A DNA stretch of 64,000 bases from Corallochytrium limacisporum Hawaii (lineage: Eukaryota > Protista > Pluriformea): NCBI GenBank assembly GCA_002811645.1, contig PDIP01000022.1:235365-299364 (forward strand), written 5' to 3'. Positions 7,801-20,400 of this stretch are shown one piece after another (within the stretch, counting starts at the first letter, position 1; each line of letters starts with the position of its first letter). The notes under the pieces are model-generated. The model was not told the origin of the DNA, searched no databases, and worked only from the letters and a program-made list of their open reading frames with translations. Both the position numbers and the translations under genes were made by a program.

Positions 7801-10764
7801 ATGTCCTTTAAAAACAAGAAGAAAGCCCAAAAGGGCCAAGATGATCTCTCTGCGGGAGAGCTTCGGTTTATTGAAGAGCTTTGCGGCAAGCCTGTATTCA
7901 GACACTGGGTTGATGCCTACGATATAACAAAGGACAAATATTCTAAGCGTTTACTTGTGGTTAGCCGGTTTCGGGTTTATCTAATCAAACGATCGGCTGT
8001 AGGTGGCAAGAAAACAGTAACCCGAAATGTTCATCTGTATTCCATCGTGCGAGTTGCCTGCACCCGGGTGGAGGAGGTTGTGCTGGAGTACAAGGTGGCC
8101 ACAAAGGGTATTTTCAATAAGTCCAAGGCAAACTCAAGTAGTGCAGCAGACATCACTGCAGCGGCGCCCGCTGGTGAACAGGAAGTGAAGATGATTAGCA
8201 TCATGACACCGTACTTTAAGGAGGTGATTCTGGCGATTCGGTCAGCCTACCAAGGTATTTCCCCCGGATTCCTGCCGTTTGCAAAGTTGGAGGTCGACGT
8301 CATGGAACGGCGCTGGTTGATGTCATTGAACACCGACGAAATTGAACCAGGTGGTGGCATTCTTACAGTCTTCAGAGCAGTGTGTGACTTCTACCAGAAG
8401 CGAACAGATGATAACGTGGTTCGCTTCCTCAAGTTCCTCATCTTGACAGACAACAAGGAAATTGAGTTGTCGTCCTGCCCGGGAATTGAAGACCACGGTA
8501 GTAGTGCTCTGGACTTGAAGATGCTCTGCACTTCCCTGCGTTTCAACACTTTTTTCCGGGGGTTGGTAGTTGAACACTACGGACGGGCCAAGATCCTCAA
8601 CTACTTGGCTGGGGTATTGCGCAGTAACTATTATCTGACAAAGCTTGTAGTGCGTAGCCTTGACCGTGGCAACTCAGAAGAAGGGTGGATACAGGTCGCA
8701 CAGGCCATTCGGGACAATCCAGGCAATGCCATCCAGGTGATCGACTTTAGTGGCAATAAGATCGGCCAGAAAGCAATCCTGGCCCTTGCGGATGCGTTTA
8801 CCAACTGGAGCCATGGTCTATTGCACGTCAATCTAGAGAACTGCGGTATCAAAGAATCAGGAATGGGCGCGCTTCTCTATGCCTTCGCAGTAAACAATGG
8901 ATCCAGTGCTACCCTGGAGGGTCTCTTGCTGAATGAAAACACAATCGGAAATCTAGGTAGCGAGAGATTTGCAGAATGGGTATTTGATATGGAAGGCAAG
9001 GCAGCACTGAAGAGGCTGGAGATCAGGAACTGCCATGCCAACCTAGAGGTCATCCATCGCAGTTTGATGCATCTACCAAATCTGACCGAGTTGAACATCA
9101 GTGGGAACACTCTAACGCCGGCCGCTGTAGATCTGCTCTTGGGCGTCCTCGACAAGACAGCTAGCTTGCGAGACCTGTACTTGAGTGATTGTTCATTGAC
9201 AGGACAAGCTCTCATCGACATTGTTCAACGTCATGTGCATAACAAGCGGATCAAAGACATTAAGTTGATTCTTTCTGGCAATGGTCTACAAGACGAAGAT
9301 GGGTTAAATTTGTACAAGGTTCTGAGAAGGGCCACCACACTACACACACTGGACATTAGTCGGAACAAGTTCAAGGCTGCCGGTCTCAACGAGGTTCTCG
9401 CCGGGTTATGCGAAACTGGAACGCTGCGAGTTCTGATTGCTAACGATGCTTTCAAGGATGCGGGACCGTCGACGGAAAAGGTTGCAGGTACACTGGCCAC
9501 CGTACTAGCTATTAATCAGGGCTTAGAGAAGCTGGAATTGCGTGGTGGGTGGAAAAAAGTGATCCCGCACCTCTGTCAGCCGTTGATGTCCAACACCAGC
9601 GTCAAGTATATTGACTTCAGCAACAATGGTCTTGGTGACGCAGGGGCAAGTGTTCTGGCTGAATGTCTCATGCAGAACCAAGGTATCAAGGAGGTCTACT
9701 TTGATAAGAATGGAGTGAGCCTGAACGGATTCTTGGCCTTGCGCTGGGCTTTTACTACGAACTACTGCCTGACCAAATTTGGATTCCCATGGGAAGATTA
9801 CCAGGCTGCACGTTCCTTGCTTGGCAGCTCTGCATCCCAGGAACGCATCCTTGACGTACTGGAGTCTATCAACACTGCGTGCAATCGCAACAAATTCCTT
9901 CTTCAGCAGCGCACTCCAGAGGAGCTCAAGGACCTGACTTCGCCCGTTCTTCTGGCGCAGGCTCTTCCCGCACTGCGATTCCGGGATAGGAGCCCACCAC
10001 CACCGGAGGATATCCTACCAAAAATGCAGCTCATCAACCTGGCTCAAAAGAAATCCACAGAGGACGCCCCTGCGTCACAGCCTAAGGTCACCAAGAAGGC
10101 AGCTGAGGAAGGCGACGAAGACGCTGCCCGCGCCGCACTCTTCGCCATGCCAACCCGCGATAAAGAGCAGACCACGGAATCTGCAGGAATTGCGGCTGGA
10201 GCGGAGGCTGTACCAGCAGAAGGGGCGGGAACAACCATCAGTGAGGCCAAGAAGAGTGTTTCTTTCCAGGAAGAGACAGGGGCGATGCCGCCCCCGCTAC
10301 CCTCCCGCGAGCCTCCCGTGGCCAGCAATGGAGTACAAGGTGAGCCCGAGTACGAGCGCGTGGGCCCCGCATCTTCTGGTAGCACTCTATCAAAGAAATC
10401 CAGCGGGGAGGACATCTACGATGAGGTCATGAAAAAGCATGACGGGGACGAAGGAGTTTACGAGAACATTGGTCGCAACAAGACGGACACATCAGAAAGC
10501 GTCCGTGACTCACAGCACACGGACATCAGTGCCGACGACATCGACATTCACGCTGGAGACGCTGAAGTAAACTCACCTGCTGCTTACGGTGCTAATCAGG
10601 TGCAGGACATTATTGCGTCTAAGGATCCTGTAAAGATTGCGGAATGGCTGCGCACTGGTGGCCAAGCTTTCCCGAGGGAATCGACAGGTTCTGCCGGCTT
10701 CTCCTACGAAGACATGTTTGACGATGGCGATGGCGATGATAACAATGCCGACCATGGGGATTAA
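7801..10764 (+). CDS. CARMIL: CARMIL/LRRC16-like protein (non-canonical PH domain, LRRs, dimerisation helix, low-complexity tail)
   Basis: 987-aa ORF. N-terminal KRLLVVSRFRVY PH-like segment, SLRFNTFFRGL CARMIL linker motif, a long RI-type LRR array, D.S.NGLGDAGA..LA..L..N and a PPPLPSR SH3-ligand motif. Confidence 0.9.
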   Translation: MSFKNKKKAQKGQDDLSAGELRFIEELCGKPVFRHWVDAYDITKDKYSKRLLVVSRFRVYLIKRSAVGGKKTVTRNVHLYSIVRVACTRVEEVVLEYKVATKGIFNKSKANSSSAADITAAAPAGEQEVKMISIMTPYFKEVILAIRSAYQGISPGFLPFAKLEVDVMERRWLMSLNTDEIEPGGGILTVFRAVCDFYQKRTDDNVVRFLKFLILTDNKEIELSSCPGIEDHGSSALDLKMLCTSLRFNTFFRGLVVEHYGRAKILNYLAGVLRSNYYLTKLVVRSLDRGNSEEGWIQVAQAIRDNPGNAIQVIDFSGNKIGQKAILALADAFTNWSHGLLHVNLENCGIKESGMGALLYAFAVNNGSSATLEGLLLNENTIGNLGSERFAEWVFDMEGKAALKRLEIRNCHANLEVIHRSLMHLPNLTELNISGNTLTPAAVDLLLGVLDKTASLRDLYLSDCSLTGQALIDIVQRHVHNKRIKDIKLILSGNGLQDEDGLNLYKVLRRATTLHTLDISRNKFKAAGLNEVLAGLCETGTLRVLIANDAFKDAGPSTEKVAGTLATVLAINQGLEKLELRGGWKKVIPHLCQPLMSNTSVKYIDFSNNGLGDAGASVLAECLMQNQGIKEVYFDKNGVSLNGFLALRWAFTTNYCLTKFGFPWEDYQAARSLLGSSASQERILDVLESINTACNRNKFLLQQRTPEELKDLTSPVLLAQALPALRFRDRSPPPPEDILPKMQLINLAQKKSTEDAPASQPKVTKKAAEEGDEDAARAALFAMPTRDKEQTTESAGIAAGAEAVPAEGAGTTISEAKKSVSFQEETGAMPPPLPSREPPVASNGVQGEPEYERVGPASSGSTLSKKSSGEDIYDEVMKKHDGDEGVYENIGRNKTDTSESVRDSQHTDISADDIDIHAGDAEVNSPAAYGANQVQDIIASKDPVKIAEWLRTGGQAFPRESTGSAGFSYEDMFDDGDGDDNNADHGD

Positions 10765-10874
10765 GCATTGTGGTATCGTATGGGTAAAAAAGAAGACAAA
10801 TCTCGTCTACTTTGCTCTAGCCTGTACTGTACAATAGTAGTTAGTTGTATATACTTAGCACGATTATTTGGGTA

Positions 10875-11474
10875 TCATAACTTTCTTTGCTGTTGGTTGC
10901 GTTCGTAGAGAATGTAGCTTTGCTCAGCTGCGGCCGGTACCTTTACAGAATGTAAAAGATCCTTCATGTAGTTTGCGCGTTCTCTGCGTTCGCTACGGGG
11001 AATGTAATCTCTGAGATGATTCTCCAGATACTCCTCGATGTGCTCCTCTTTTAGCAGATGGTCATGAAAGTCCTTGAGGAAGTAGGCAAAGCCCCTAACA
11101 TCTTGCTCTGCAACGTCGGCCTCCCCCAGTAGATGCATGTCGATCTCTAGGCGATGGTAGTAATGAGGGTAGCCTTCGAGCCTATCTAAAAGGTTTAACA
11201 TGTCTTCATCGACCTCATACACCTCGCCATACACATTCAGCCCCTTACCAGGTGCATCCAGGAGGTACGGTGTCCTGAATAGACCACCGACCACGAGTGG
11301 GTACTGCTCACTAAGCCTGGCCCTCCCCATGTACTTCATATGTCCGGATTCACGCTCTTCATGCAGTTCGCCGTCGCCCACGTTGAACTTTCCTTCGGTA
11401 AGGAGGTAATGGTTTGGAAACCCGCGTTTTAATGTTCCGTACGAGAACACCAGGTACTTTACCCCTTGCGTCAT
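10875..11474 (-). CDS. GGACT: Gamma-glutamylamine cyclotransferase (GGACT/AIG2-like)
   Basis: VFSYGTLKRGFPNH, VYGEVYEV and LDRLEG motifs. Start placed at ATG 11474 (accATG, just before the domain); an in-frame upstream ATG exists at 11570. Confidence 0.92.
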   Translation of the reverse strand: MTQGVKYLVFSYGTLKRGFPNHYLLTEGKFNVGDGELHEERESGHMKYMGRARLSEQYPLVVGGLFRTPYLLDAPGKGLNVYGEVYEVDEDMLNLLDRLEGYPHYYHRLEIDMHLLGEADVAEQDVRGFAYFLKDFHDHLLKEEHIEEYLENHLRDYIPRSERRERANYMKDLLHSVKVPAAAEQSYILYERNQQQRKL

Positions 11475-14400
11475 GGTAGTGAATTCTCCTCCGATTCGAC
11501 CGTCACATTTGTGACCCGTAAAAGCAAAGCCTTTATGTCCCTTTTTTCCAGAGACATACTCTTGTACCATGTCTTCAGGTGGATTATAATGGACTCATGC
11601 CTCAAAGATATGAGGCCATGGTCATCACGACACCGTACGGAGTACAAAGTGCTGACAGAATACGTTTAATCCTCCCTGAGAATAGTTTCGTTCAACATCA
11701 ACGGCTGGCAAATCCGGTCGGGTCCCGTCCCAGCCCTGGTCGACCCCGCACCCGACATAAGATCCGGGGCCTAATTATTTTGCGGACCAGCGGTCCCTTC
11801 TCAAAATGGACTCCGCATTTCCGTGGTCTTCGAACAATGTCGTTGTCTAGTCCATGTATCTTGGTCCCTGCAACCATGATCACTCATCATTCACACGTTC
11901 GCCGTAGGTCCTGGCGAATGAGTTTGCGTCACAGGCGAACCAAACTGTTAAAGGACAGGGCGATGGCCGAGCAGCAGAGGATCAAGAATCTGATCGTGCT
12001 TGGAAGTTGTCGACTTGTATATTTTTACTTCCTGTTATGCGTAAAGCAGGCATCTCAATGCATGCCTGTAACCTGTCTGGGCTGTCACCATCTGTAAGGT
12101 AAGAGGAGAAGCCACAAAATCTTACACTGTACTGGATCCGACGCCGATGTCTGTGGAAGACTGTGAGTCGCTTGACGGGTTGGCTTGAACGAGTTGGACT
12201 TGTTGCCATCTCAAACAGGACAAAACCAAAAACCTTCGACACTTCGCATGAATGCCTCGATTGTCCTTCTTCCTTGAGTGGATCCCCAGACAGTGGGAAC
12301 AAGGAGACATACCGAGCATGCTCTGAAACAAAAAGGATCAATTACTACGACAGAATGAGGTCCTAGCAATTCAGGTTTAGAATTCGTATCCCAGAGGAAG
12401 AGCTGTCCTTGCCAGGTAACCCTGTTGAGCTGACCGACCGGTTCGGATCACGACAAAGTAAGGGCTGGAGGCTGGAGAATGACAATTGGCTTGTATTTCA
12501 TTCATTGTTCAGATCACTATTCTCGGCGTTGCGTGGGTGGATGCATCTTACTTGCATCTCAACTGACAAAGTTCTACGCCGTGATGAGGTGCAGAGATTC
12601 ATCAGTTTAACATGTTTGATTAAATCTCTTTAGCGGCGGGATGGTTTTGATGTAGGCGGACCAAGATTTGAGTTGGTAGTCAGTCCGATACACAGCTGAC
12701 TGAAATGAAGCGTCGGGATATTGGTGACTGGGGATGAAAACTCTTCACTTGGCAGCATCTACTGCTGATAAGTGTGCGCAGGCTGGTATCTTTACGCAGC
12801 TTTACAGGCTCATCTACTGGGAGGTTGGCAGGCCCGGTTTCTGTTGATATAATGGGGGCAAGATTTGGGGCTAAGTAGAAACTCGGATGTTGACATTAGA
12901 CACAAGCCGGGGCATGGCACCCAGATAAACGGTGGTCGGTTACTGTCAAGTGTTGTCGTATTGCCATCATAGATCTGCTACCATAGATGTGCACCGCACG
13001 ATTTTGCGTAGTATTGGGCAACAGAAAATTTCGAGGGAGTGATTAAGCGGGGGTTCGGGGCAGAACCATGGAAAGATACTTCTGCGGACGGAGCAGTTTC
13101 GGTGAGTTAAAGGCCCCCACTCAAATGATTGCGCTGCGAGTCAAAGTTCAAGACTGTGTCGGTTCAACTATTTGCCCTTTCAGGGAAAATACTAGGCCAA
13201 TTTTTTTTTTTCTTTTCTACAACCCAGAAACCTATTTGTTCATGGGAAACACAAGGCGGCGTGTTTTACAGAGAGAAGGAAAATGTGGAGATCGCCGAAT
13301 GAAAAGCAAATACGAGCGACGGATTTGGAAGGGCTCTTCTACGGTCGCCCTTCTGTTAGGGGAAGGAACGTTCGGTAGAAGAAGGAGGAAGGAATAATAG
13401 ACGTCATTTTCGAACAAATATCTAGTATGATGTCCATTGCATGTTGTTATTTTTTGTTACTCTATAGTCGAGACATAACTATCTTTCTCGGCCCCAAGGG
13501 TGCCTTCCATGAATTATGTAGTTTGGCATCTTTCTCATCATATCTGTACCTTGTTCGCAAATTAAGCATCACCTGGTTTGTACGTACAAAGATCGAACTA
13601 GTGACTTGTACTATTCATCATCTACACCTGCATGTTACTTGTTACGGTTCTCGTTTCGTTCTGCACATGGATGTGCCCAGTACATTGACTCTCTCACTCT
13701 CTGCCCGCCCCCGTAATCCTTCGTTTCAAGTTCTTGTAGGCCACTGAAAGCTTTTCTTTTTGCCTTAATTCTAATGGAGATGGGCGGGTATATGGTACTT
13801 GTATTGCAACTGTGAAGGCATGATCATTGCCTACAGATTTTTTTTTTGCGTGGAATGTGTATTAATGTGTGCGATCCATGTCAGGGGCAACTCTGCCTGC
13901 AGAGGTGCAATGCATAAGGAAGCTATTCGTTATTTTCTACGATCTCTCTTGGATACCCGGCGGCAAAGGAAGGGGCGGGTAAGATTGGGAATGCTGTGGC
14001 TGTCATCTGTTGTGCAGGTTTGCCGAGCGAAGAGGAGGGGAGGAGAGTCGAGTCTTCGAAAACATGATCAATGTGGTTTCGGCAGCGCATAGCATATACA
14101 CGGAGGGTGTATGAGTGTAGCTTAACATGCATGTCAAGTTCATGTTCTTAATGTATTAAGAATAGCACCCGGACTTGGGAATAATGAGGTAAATGTACAA
14201 CATCAACCTCACACTGGTGAAACACGATGTGCACACAGCGAATTCAGCAGCAGGACATGTTTCCTACAGGTGTCCCTGCAAAAATTCTTATACGCAATGG
14301 TGTCCCAATACTAAGTACACTATCACGAGTAACGAGGAATGTCCTAACCAGCATGCTGTGTCCCTCCCATTCTTCTGTTGAAGAAGAGCCTTGTTCACAT

Positions 14401-17400
14401 CAAACGGGTCACTGTCATCGTTCACTCTGAGCATCATGTTCTTTTGATCTGGATTACGCGCCATCAACAGGGCTTGCCTCTGTGGAACTATATGCAGTGC
14501 TTCAAGCCACCCATCCTATGCTTGAGTAAGGTCATCCTCCAAGGACTAAATTTGAACCTTGGGGATATCTTGTGAACAACACGATTTAGAACGCTGGCAA
14601 ATGGCTGCTCGTAGCGACGAGGAGACACTATGGGAAACTATGAACGTGTGTGGACACTGCCAACGTACACTGCCAACGGGCTGCATAATACCTATGAAAT
14701 AGTCTTCTTCCTTCACGCTCCCCTCGATCCGTCCAAACTCTTTTGCTCAGTGTCCAGGCCTGTGGGGGCGGCGGGTGTTATTGCCTCCCATCGAGAAGGC
14801 ATGACTACAGGAAATGCAAGTGTGATGTATCCCGCCGTGAACACTAGCAAAGTGTTGACAAAAGATGAAGATGTTTCATCTCCGTAGTGAATGTGCCCAG
14901 AGCACCCAGTTTCGTGAGCAACGAACATGCAGCGACACCATGCCCACGACACATCATCGAAACTCTTGGCAGCTTTTTCGATTTGGGACCAAGACGCGGT
15001 TTCTCATGGAGAACTGTATATGTATGGCTTTCGTACGTCTGTCCGTCAGTGGGACCGTGCCCGACATTCTACTCCTGGTTTTGGCATGTGTTCCGGAAAG
15101 ATGTGGCCCACACGGGAAACAGTTTGGGTTTGACAGTCGGGGCAATGTGTCCAACCATTCCAAGTCGAGGCCAGTGCTCAGTGTGGAAATTCTTTTCAGC
15201 TTCCGGGCTCGGCAGTTCCCTCTTCCTTTCGCAGAGTGCGCGTTGAACAGTGAGAAAAAAAGGTAGGGGGCACGCCTATATGTTCAATACCAAGTCTTCT
15301 GATCTACGGCAACCATGTTTTTCAGCGCGTTCCAATTATTCAATACGGCGTAATTTGGAAATCCGAGCGAGCGTTCACATACCTGTGCCCCACGTTAAGA
15401 GCGAAACGGCAGCGAGCGCCCAAGTGAAACGTTAACCTGCACCGCGTGGTTGCACATGTGCGAGCCCCTTTGTTCCAAACCAGACAACACAACCCAAGCT
15501 ACCAGGCAAAGGTGTTCATGATGGATTCTGTTTCAGGACGAAGACTACAGAAATGCAAAACCCAGACAGCACAAAAAAGTCGCATAGTGGATGAAGAACG
15601 TCAATGTGAACACATGCGACTCGGTCGAGCACCATCTATACCAAAACAAATCTCTTCTATCTACGTCGACCAATACGATGATGATCGGTAAGACCTGGCA
15701 ATGAAACCGACAGACCGTACCCTGCATACTCATTGGGTAGCGTTTGCACTCAATAAAGACAGTAGACTTATGCTAACCTGCCGATGCTGCCAACCCAACA
15801 TAAAGCCTTATCAATCTTCCACTTACCGGGGTATGATTCTCTCAGGTTTCCAATCTTCCAAAGAAAGGCACAAAGGAAAACCTTCTCACACAATTACCAT
15901 TCTGCCCATATATTTGGTAGACCGTAACTACTTTGTGACGCGACTCCTCCTCGGCGGCGAACCCGTGTGTGTCTTGCTCTGGCTTGTGAAATATTGGTGC
16001 ACAAGTGTGTGCATATGGGTACGATAGTTCCCCAGTACATTATTAACCGAACTGCATACTCTTGGTGGATTTTTGTGGGCGTTGCTCACATCAATGCTAC
16101 GTAATTTCCTGACATAGCGGTGTGTACGAAAAACGAAATTGTGAGATAGATGGCAAAAACAGCCAACAGCCACCTGAGTTCCGCAGCCTCAACACTGTCT
16201 TGTTACACACTAAATCGTCGTTTCCTGTTGTGGACGCAGTGCTGAGATACTGCATGAGTGCTTACATGCGATCGATTCATTGCGAGAAACTTGAACTACC
16301 GCGGCTGGCCTCGCTTGTGCGATGTAGTAGCTCGCCGGGTTACCTGGTAGTGCTGCTTTCCAGCCACTTTCCTTAGAACCCAAGTGGTTATTAAAACACT
16401 GACTATTCCTCATGAAAAGGTAGTACATTCGGATACTCCGTAAACTGGCGATCCTCAAAATCCGCGTGTGTCCCCCCCCCCCGGGTTGCAATTTGCATCT
16501 TGATTGCTATCCATTGCGATCATGTTTACGTATAAATTTACGGCGGAAAAAAAAATTTTGGTCTCGCTATCCCCCAATGATGAACCACTTTTCGTAGCAA
16601 TCCTATTTTGTTCTATTTCACTACCTCCTCCTTCTCGTCTCATCACCGCCTAGAGCCCCCTGTTTGGTGGCCCATTGGTATGTCCTACTGAAGTCTTCGG
16701 TTAAAAAAAGATTAACAATGGGCGCCAACTCAACTGTTGGGACACCGCAAGGGTACCGTGTGTGTGGTTTCTTCTATTTGGTTCTATTGTCCTCCCTGAT
16801 TGCGGGAAAGGGCACACACGTTGGACATCTGTGTGTCTGTGTAGGTGGGGGGAGGGAGGAACTTCGGAAACTGGGACGCATCATCCATCGACATGCCCGA
16901 GCGCGCGGCAGAGGGATGTCGCCCCTGCAGGACGCAAGTTTGTTGTTATGCATGTAGCAGACTGTCACGGTTGTCCCCATTAGTTTAATTTGGTGCGTTG
17001 GGCGTCATTCTGACCACCGACCTCCTAGAACTTCAGTGGATAGGAGTAAGACTAGTAATCGCAGCAACCTACCTACATCATATTCTTGAGATGGCAACAC
17101 GTCTGCACACCCCCAAACTGGAAAGTGGATTCTTCGCTTACACCTCAACAGCAGTGAATGTAGTAGTGCACTCCTGCTGGATACCATTACTACAAAGTGT
17201 GCATACCAGAATGAGGCATATAATCAGTCAGCACCTCGTTTGGTGTTGGTTCATGATTTTTACCATTCAAGAAAACGGAATGGATTCTGGAAACGGTTGG
17301 TTGAATCCTTGGCGTATCACTGAATCGTACACTCGTTCATAAAACATCGGAAAATTCTCTCTGGCACAGTCTTATTGGCCCATAAAGCGTTGTTGCTGTG

Positions 17401-20400
17401 CAGCCTCATCGTGTAGTTTTCTGTTTCATTGACTGTTTCCCGATCAGAACCTCGCTCAGTCGGATTAATGTCCATAAGCATTGGACACCTTCAACATATA
17501 CTGGAAAACTGTTTACCGGTATCGGAGAGCGCCAACTAGAAATGGTCCCCTTAAATTCACGAATCTTTCCGGTGCGCTCATATTGCAAATTGCAATCTTC
17601 AAAATGGACCACTGGGTTGAGCGACACATGTGATATCAATGTTGTTGTGTTCATTCTTCAGATTTTGTAGTGGCGGTGCAATCTTGCTCTTGTTTCATGT
17701 GAACCTCTGAGGGCTCTCTGAAGACCTAAATTCTCTCCGCATAATTGACTACAACTTCATCCTGAGTGAGCACTCCAATTCTTTGTATGGTCATCCCGAA
17801 TACATCTCTTCGGAACGGAGCTCTAATTACCCCCACGATGGCATCATCGTGCGAATTACCCTTTGATAGTTCGGAAGGGCATACTGGACTGTCGCGCATC
17901 TCTTGCTTTTTGATGGGCTATGAGGAACTGGTTCACCTTATGGAGAGTATCTGCCGCGTTGTCTATACCTTATCCGTTACCCAACAGGAGTTGCCCATCC
18001 GTAGCGCACTTTGGTAACTACCACGCGGGGAAGCGCGAGACGGAAAATACGACGGATACTAGGACTGGTGCGAAAGGATATTGTGAATTGCGAGATCTGA
18101 AGTATAAGAATATTAGAAGTCCCGCCGCGCAGACAGACATGAAAAGCAAACACTCCCCACATATGTTGCTGACATACAAGTCCTGTACAGGTTGGGATCT
18201 CTTATTGCTTTGGGCGATTCGGCCCACTCAGTGATGTGCCCTCCATGCCCAAAAAATTTTACCCACCAGCACGTCACTCATATGCGTGAGGGCTTTGACG
18301 TGTCGAATGGGACAAGAATTATTGGTGTCACCAGTGGCATTCTCTTAGCCAAATCTCAGCCATGCTCTCTAGTGCTGTGCCGTCTGTTCAAAACAATCAG
18401 TGTCTTGTGATACCATCTCTCCTACTAGAATTCCTGTCCGGCAAATTTGATTCGCATTATTTTAACGCAGTAACTCAAGCCTTCCAAACAATGAAGGCCT
18501 TAGGCTTCTCTTCAACATTCGTCCACGTCTTCTGATATACCCCAGGAACCAGACCATGGACACCGCTGGGTGGAAAAGCGGTCCGTCCACTGTTGTGCTG
18601 GACACGGCGACTTTTTTCAAGATGAGTAACAAAGAACCTCAGGCCACAGCTCTGGCGGTGTGGTTTTGAGTATGCCCCCCTAAACCCGCTGGCTGTCGCA
18701 GTCGCTACGGTGTACCTTTTTTGCGCAGCGAAGAAGCCAATTCCCGGTGTGCTTGGACATCGCACACAACACCAGGCACCCTGTCCTCTGGACGTTCAAC
18801 CTGCTGGTCCCGTCCAACAGTGTTGTGTTCGAAGAAAAACGATTCGTAACGGACACATACCATTGGGGCCATCGTGAGTTTAGTAGAGCCAATTATATAT
18901 TGTGAAAATGTCACCCGCCGCCCGACGCGGTAATAGACCAGTCTGTGGTGAACTGAAAATGGTTTCAGTTTCAAATGCCCTGGTACAGCCAAGGGAGACA
19001 CGTATACGACATGCAAACTCGGATGATTTTGGTTTGCCTGTAAGCAAAACTATAAACCCCCAGCTGATATCAGAAACCTCATCTGGGAATATATAAAGTT
19101 CCCAAATTTTCATGTGTTTTTTTTAATTCCTTCCCGCAACGGAAATCAGGAAAGTGATCACGATCAAAATTTGGCTTGGAGCGGAGGGCTGATCGTCATC
19201 AGAGAGGTCGCGAGCGGCGATATCTGAGAGCGCATTGGTATACGGTTATCCCGCCGGGTGTCCAGTGGAAGCCGCACCACCTCGTTGTCATGAGCGGCCT
19301 GCAAGGCCAACTGAGTTTGGACAAGGCAACGGGCTATCATAGATGCGTTTCTCACACACCTTGCTCACACAGTGATGGACATCTAATTTATGCAATTTGA
19401 GCGGGAAAGCCAGAGCGGATGGGCATGCTGTGAGAGTCTGAGATATGATCCCTTATAATCTATATCGCGAGAGACGCCTTGATGGCACATCTAATGAACG
19501 AGTCCGTCATCTATTCGGCATCCTTGCGGCTTCCTTTCAGAACCGTTCGCCGGCAAGAAGTAGTAAGTTGGTACTCGAGTTTTTGCATTAGATACCTCCA
19601 AGCACGCATTGAGCGGCAGGCACTTGCAAAGAACAGAGGCCTCCCAATCAAACAAGGTCTTACACTGGAAATACCGGGAAAAGGTGTGTCGGTACACTGT
19701 GTATAAGCCTGAGTGCTGCAGCCAGGTGTGGCGAGTCAGGTTGGACAAGGGGTGGGGCGGAGGCAGAAAAATTTCCTCACATAATTCAAAATTTCAAATC
19801 AAGATGGTCAAAACTAGGTGTCAGGGATAGACTAGGTGTACCTGTGAAATATATGGCTGATGTGATTTTCAAAGAATAGTAGAGAGTATCTGCCTGCAAG
19901 TATCTGCGAAAAAAGAACACGACATGGACATTGATGAGAAACTACCACCCAGGAAATTGGGGAAATCCCGTCTTCGGCATTCGAAAACAAAGAACTTTCA
20001 GAAGAGCGATAAATATGAAGGCCAAGGCAAACGATGCGCCGCCCATTGCCCCTAGAGAGATTTTACCTTACTTATTGACCTGACGCGCTGGCTACCAGAT
20101 TTTCTTGAGGTACGAAGGACCGGGGAAGATGTGAGAAGGTTTGGTTATTGTCGTTTTGTGAATTAATTTTAATGCAGGAGGTATACGCGAAGAAAAGGGG
20201 TGGTAAGGGAGTGGGGAGCGGGAGGTCTAAAACTTGCCACTTCGCTGTGCGGAAACACCGATCAGGTCTGTGGCATTCGTGGGTGCCTCTGCGGTGCTAT
20301 TGCCACTACTTCCCCCGCAGAATAACTGGGAAATGTAGGGTGAGGTTGTAACGCGGCTTCGATGGATCTGTCGGTCTGGTTCAATCTTGGGTCTCACTTA

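Noticed and set aside
13068-13397. LLGEGTFGR resembling a kinase glycine-rich loop
   Set aside because: Stop codons follow within a few codons and no downstream kinase subdomains were found.
14180-14470. WLGHSSLLV fragment as a NAPE-PLD/MBL pseudogene
   Set aside because: No HxHxDH motif is recoverable; too weak to list as a feature and only mentioned within the gene-poor region finding.
14713-14952. GYITLAFP resembling a Helitron Rep N-terminal motif
   Set aside because: The flanking translation does not continue the Helitron consensus; no HUH or helicase motifs.
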